Assembly (NCBI GenBank): GCA_951406725.2
Contig: OX597818.1
Span: forward strand, 43,028,001 to 43,092,000
DNA: 64,000 nucleotides
Reading direction: 5' to 3'
Source: Octopus vulgaris
Taxonomy: Eukaryota
Both the position numbers and the translations under genes were made by a program. The notes beneath the pieces are model-generated. The model saw only the letters and a list, made by a program, of their open reading frames with translations, was not told where the DNA came from and did no database searches. Positions 62,401 through 64,000 of this stretch are shown here, in pieces. Position 1 is the first letter of the stretch, and the number at the start of each line of letters is the position of its first letter.

Positions 62401-63128
62401 CCATATATTTGCATTTTAGTTGGATGGCGCCTCCACGAGAGATTTTCAGTTACTTCACCTTCTCTTTACTTATCTTTCTGTTTCTTTGACTTCTGCTTAT
62501 TCTTAAACAAGCTGTAGTGGTTTTCATAAATCTGGGATATTTTATTGTGCTCACATTATATTTCAAAAAAGAAACAGCAATGCCTTTACTTACTCTTACT
62601 TTCATAACATGAGTTCTTACCAACATTTTTTCGTAGATGTTTCACTAGGAAGAGAGCATCAGTGGTCCTCCATCCTGGTACAAACCTGAACAGCATCGCA
62701 TCTAAAATAATTTTCTCCCAAATAAGTTGTGTTAACCATTATTATCTTTTTATTTGAATAGTTAGCTAACTTCATCTGTGCACGTGTGTGTGTGTGTGTG
62801 TGCGCACATGTATATGTACATGTAAGAGAGATTGAGGGATTTAAATTTTTGACTCCTATCTGTTATAAATCTTTAAGAGTATTTTTGAATATGTAAAAAT
62901 GTAAAAGTAGACATGAACCTAAATACAATTCAATTTTTTCAGAGAGAACCAATTCTACGCAAGGAACTTGGCAAGGTTAAAGTACCAACAAGGGTTTTCA
63001 CATTTGCAACCAAGATTTGGTTCCCTCAACACTGGCTTGTTGTAAGACAGTTCAGAGGAGATACAGAAGTCGTGCCAACTATCATTATGAACAGGGTGCT
63101 TTCAACTGGACCAGCTGGCAAAAAAGAG
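29426..63128 (+). CDS. Spliced gene of unrecognised family; 15 exons, 1521 nt / 507 aa in the window; start exon unresolved and 3' end outside the window
   Basis: All 14 introns are GT-AG with matching phases and the joined frame has no stop: KEQLLFQYDPADVPSEMAGVMSSIKN-LAEKMLFHWREFPIVLP...KIWFPQHWLVVRQFRGDTEVVPTII...KKE. Confidence 0.92.
31259..31378 (+). CDS. Exon b: LAEKMLFHWREFPIVLPASITDNDAEQTNAANGDANKEQP (0/0)
   Basis: caatttag|CTT...CCT|gtaaga. Confidence 0.88.
31918..32230 (+). mobile_element. SINE family B copy abutting an inverted family B 3' fragment (~31730-31915)
   Basis: Family B body lacking most of the central microsatellite. Confidence 0.75.
33878..34099 (+). mobile_element. 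piggyBac-like TTAA MITE
   Basis: TTAA|ctctttagcatt...actgaaggg|TTAA. Confidence 0.8.
34318..34703 (+). mobile_element. RTE LINE 3' UTR fragment with (GAT)n tail
   Basis: Same 3' end as 1573-1851. Confidence 0.8.
36886..37013 (+). CDS. Exon c: EKVTFRDVFIAPTFDELEEVARLPNGVQKKLNEKQLYCIWDNG (0/2)
   Basis: tcttttaag|GAA...AATGG|gtaagt. Confidence 0.92.
37112..37276. repeat. Intronic hairpin with a perfect 23-bp stem segment
   Basis: actcagagtttcacataaccatt / aatggttatgtgaaactctgagt plus imperfect inner and outer pairing. Confidence 0.8.
37591..37806 (+). mobile_element. SINE family A variant (different 3' tail), TSD attatcatattaaaatg
   Basis: 17-bp direct repeat flanking; Nin-like core. Confidence 0.85.
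38689..38920 (-). mobile_element. SINE family A, full length
   Basis: Reverse complement of 40439-40670. Confidence 0.88.
40138..40361 (-). mobile_element. piggyBac-like TTAA MITE
   Basis: TTAA|ccgtttagcatt...aatgctaaagag|TTAA. Confidence 0.8.
40439..40852 (+). mobile_element. SINE family A with its 3' ~180 bp duplicated in tandem, one 16-bp TSD
   Basis: tatatggtaaaactaa at 40423-40438 and 40853-40868; second unit starts ~40670. Confidence 0.9.
41782..43036 (+). mobile_element. Full-length (1255 bp) dead mariner transposon; transposase pseudogene ~41962-42950
   Basis: TA TSD; imperfect TIRs tcagggtgaataaaa / ttttactcagcctga; peptides KWFKRFHSGDLNLED, *VPHDL (WVPHEL), IVTCNEKWILY, ILHDNA*PH, LPHPAYSPDLTPTDYHFF; many stops and frameshifts. 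Confidence 0.95.
43304..43409 (+). CDS. Exon d: EFEVDSIHFPGQTHKWHLSQLLQKGSKRSHETLLD (2/0)
   Basis: gattttag|G GAA...GAT|gtaagt. Confidence 0.92.
43706..43823 (+). CDS. Exon e: DTALALRILLITARNRFHSHFFSLSEGIKSWARGLWKIF (0/1)
   Basis: tttccttatag|GAC...TTT G|gtaagt. Confidence 0.92.
44532..44713 (-). mobile_element. Penelope-like (pLTR) fragment in (TA)n with a perfect 26-bp inverted repeat
   Basis: tgaaaaaacaagtcaaaaatagaaaa (44532-44557) / ttttctatttttgacttgttttttca (44655-44680) bracket a hammerhead motif. The family call is inferred from this architecture. Confidence 0.6.
44583..44626 (-). ncRNA. Minimal type I hammerhead ribozyme, U3:A8 core variant
   Basis: Minus strand: uua-CAG-UUGAAAA-GGUC-ucaaaau-GACC-GAAA-CCGG-UA-CUG-aaa: stem I CAG/CUG, 4-bp stem II, palindromic ACCGGU stem III, GUA cleavage triplet. 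Confidence 0.75.
45218..45315 (+). CDS. Exon f: DIIIGMPSTTPGDLCGKLREEHMRYLVAELDIR (1/0)
   Basis: atatttcag|AT ATC...AGG|gtttgt. Confidence 0.9.
46038..46541 (+). mobile_element. RTE LINE 3' end: ORF C-terminus, 3' UTR, (GAT)n tail
   Basis: RGRPRKTWDEVVKHDLRALGLTEAMAKDRDLWR is a typical RTE C-terminal motif; ~18-bp tandem repeat aagtaccccggatcccca at ~46205-46270. Confidence 0.9.
47401..47924 (+). mobile_element. Complete non-autonomous Helitron (524 bp) inside an (AT)n tract
   Basis: A|TCTATATATATAAAAC start; 3' hairpin CCCGAGCAATGCCGGG, then CTAG|T; no TSD. Confidence 0.9.
49282..49362 (+). CDS. Exon g: QHSRKEFNRFCEYVKEKCKMLRTEKHK (0/0)
   Basis: tttcatttgcag|CAA...AAG|gtatgt. Confidence 0.9.
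49812..50580 (-). mobile_element. CR1-type LINE 3' fragment with (ATT)n tail
   Basis: ORF 49970-50533: PHLEFASPVWN...LETVQRHATK...TRGHVYKV...RKHFF.LRVAEAWNKLP. Confidence 0.9.
51565..51840 (-). mobile_element. Old RTE-type LINE C-terminal fragment
   Basis: EKSMLGIFLWKHIQNEIIQEWSGVNDVI...DNRW...KRPLRRSPKCW resembles MERAMLG..IRNEEIR..DNRW..GRP..RW. Confidence 0.6.
52013..52097 (+). CDS. Exon h: TADLRPPPIPYYYQTPQGLHIDLRLFNK (0/1)
   Basis: tcttctttacag|ACT...AAA G|gtaatt. Confidence 0.92.
52518..52724 (+). mobile_element. SINE family B, 5' half
   Basis: Head through the microsatellite. Confidence 0.8.
52866..53340 (-). mobile_element. RTE LINE 3' UTR fragment with multiple ~55-60 bp internal repeats
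   Basis: Reverse complement of the family at 58868-59257. Confidence 0.8.
53888..53989 (+). CDS. Exon i: DLINNCLPILSNIVDKESKSWHIQYRQKLVRELK (1/1)
   Basis: gttttccag|AT TTA...AAA G|gtgagt. Confidence 0.92.
54108..54139 (+). CDS. Exon j (32 nt): AKGLSDKQINE (1/0)
   Basis: ttttgtag|CT AAA...GAG|gtaatt; needed to reconcile the phases of exons i and k. Confidence 0.88.
55311..55404 (+). CDS. Exon k: EVNIAVMAEYLQRVYRAVLNNVELENLQHGI (0/1)
   Basis: ttttaacag|GAA...ATA G|gtatga. Confidence 0.92.
55726..56096 (-). mobile_element. CR1-type LINE 3' fragment (same family as 49812-50580)
   Basis: Near-identical 3' end; TRGHVYKVRKQHSSHDFRKHFF. Confidence 0.9.
56442..56867. mobile_element. 426-bp MITE with ~30-bp TIRs and 6-bp TSD CTTTGT, inserted in an old family-A-type SINE
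   Basis: ctttgt|GGGATCTTTTTGGTTTGAACGGCAGTTTTT ... AAAAACTGCCATTCAAACCGAAAAGATCCC|ctttgt. Confidence 0.9.
57370..57461 (+). CDS. Exon l: GQLLVAQAQSVLAMQKAVQKIQQKMVEHKDK (1/0)
   Basis: ctattcttcag|GA CAA...AAG|gtagac. Confidence 0.9.
57622..57921 (+). mobile_element. SINE family C, full length, 13-bp TSD catgttacactta
   Basis: Direct repeat at 57609-57621 and 57922-57934; tRNA-like A/B boxes. Confidence 0.9.
58424..58504 (+). CDS. Exon m: LMEHLKVKYPVKSRIPAWKNEQLERFE (0/0)
   Basis: long poly-Y ...cttcag|TTA...GAA|gtgaga. Confidence 0.92.
58638..58757 (+). CDS. Exon n: EEFINQNLWSAHDIAVSLCEEQDLKQAVYFLRRDLNFIKE (0/0)
   Basis: ttttttag|GAA...GAG|gtaaat. Confidence 0.9.
58868..59257 (+). mobile_element. 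RTE LINE 3' UTR fragment with (GAT)n tail
   Basis: Very similar to 1573-1851. Confidence 0.8.
59773..60229 (-). mobile_element. CR1-type LINE 3' fragment (related subfamily), (ATT)n tail
   Basis: LLESVQRRATKRIPSIRHLPYSERL...TRGHAYKV...RVAEAWNKLP. Confidence 0.9.
60490..60860 (+). mobile_element. Old RTE LINE C-terminal fragment
   Basis: MWALNVVDVQR...EKLGVRDIRCSVQERQLWW*GHVMCM. Confidence 0.6.
61226..61606 (-). mobile_element. SINE family B, near full length
   Basis: Reverse complement of 27851-28229. Confidence 0.85.
62124..62445 (-). mobile_element. Young-looking 3' end of a second RTE-like LINE family, (GAT)n tail directly after the stop
   Basis: Open frame NLSWRRHPTKMQIYG...RRVQFAGHCCR...LLLWKP...RGR...DREVWR. 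Confidence 0.8.
62943..63128 (+). CDS. Exon o: REPILRKELGKVKVPTRVFTFATKIWFPQHWLVVRQFRGDTEVVPTIIMNRVLSTGPAGKKE (0/0)
   Basis: ttttttcag|AGA...GAG|gtaaaa. Confidence 0.92.
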
Positions 63129-63150
63129 GTAAAAGATATCTAAATTGATA

Positions 63151-63671
63151 CCGTAAATCCTTGAGTATAATCCACATTTTTTCCCCAAATTTAAAGTTCA
63201 AAATCCCTAGTGTGTACTATATACGAGGTTAAAAATGAAAAATATTTTCTAAGCAATGTCTGAGTCTCTATTTACTGTCCGGCAATGTTTATTCAAACAC
63301 ATTTTGTGATGTCGGGCGTAAAAATACCTTAAGCTAAGCCTGAAAGTAATGAAGTCATAAAAGAATCATCCACAACTTGCAGTAAGCAACATTTATTAAA
63401 ATAAAAGTATTCAGAACACAGAATAACATGTAACAAAAACAATTTGCAAACATATTTACATTCCCATATAACAGTTAAGAACATCACCATTATTGTATTA
63501 CGCATGCGCGGAAGTGTTTGTTTGACTAGTTGCTGCTGGCTTAATTACGCACAACTCAAGTTAGAGAAGAGGTGCGTATTATACACAAGGTTTAGGTTTT
63601 TCAGATGCACAGCCTCCTAAAATTCTCCTGCATATTATACTCAAGGGCGGACTATACTTGAGGATTTACGG
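63151..63671. mobile_element. Tc2/pogo-like non-autonomous DNA transposon
   Basis: TA|ccgtaaatccttgagtata ... tatacttgaggatttacgg|TG; subterminal regions shared with 27832-28690. Confidence 0.8.
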
Positions 63672-64000
63672 TGATTTCAGATTTGAACAATTTGTATGTT
63701 TATACATATAATGCCATGCAAGATATGGTAAATATCAATTTCAAACCATTATTCAAAAAATAATATAAACATTAAATTTAGAAGCTTAAGCAAAAAGAAA
63801 TTTCTTTATGTTTCTGGAGAAAACATATTTATATTTCAAAGGTCTGATTGTGGTTAAATAGACTGGACCCAAATTGTTGTCATTTAACAGAGGATAATGA
63901 CCTGTAGGGACATTGTATTTTGTTATGCAGCCATAATATACTGCAAAGTATATTAAATGCTTTTATAAGTCAATACCGTGTTCTATTGTATGTTAAGGAT

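Overview
AT-rich, repeat-dense eukaryotic DNA. The SINE/LINE families are of the kind abundant in octopus genomes, so a cephalopod source is inferred but not proven. One intron-rich protein-coding gene lies on the + strand: 15 GT-AG exons between 29426 and 63128 splice into one uninterrupted 507-codon frame that runs off the window. Its start exon is unresolved and I cannot name the family. Nearly all ORFs in the supplied track are microsatellite or transposon artefacts. The rest is a nest of mobile elements: three tRNA-headed SINE families, RTE- and CR1-type LINE fragments, a full-length dead mariner, and Helitron, hAT, piggyBac-like, Tc2-like and 6-bp-TSD MITEs. The most unusual observations are (i) a minimal type I hammerhead ribozyme with a compensatory U3:A8 core inside a Penelope-like insertion in an intronic (TA)n tract (44583-44626, minus strand), (ii) a ~2.2 kb foldback element with microsatellite-filled arms (2824-5066), and (iii) a ~340 bp near-perfect palindrome that duplicates a LINE 3' end together with its flanking DNA (7637-7979).
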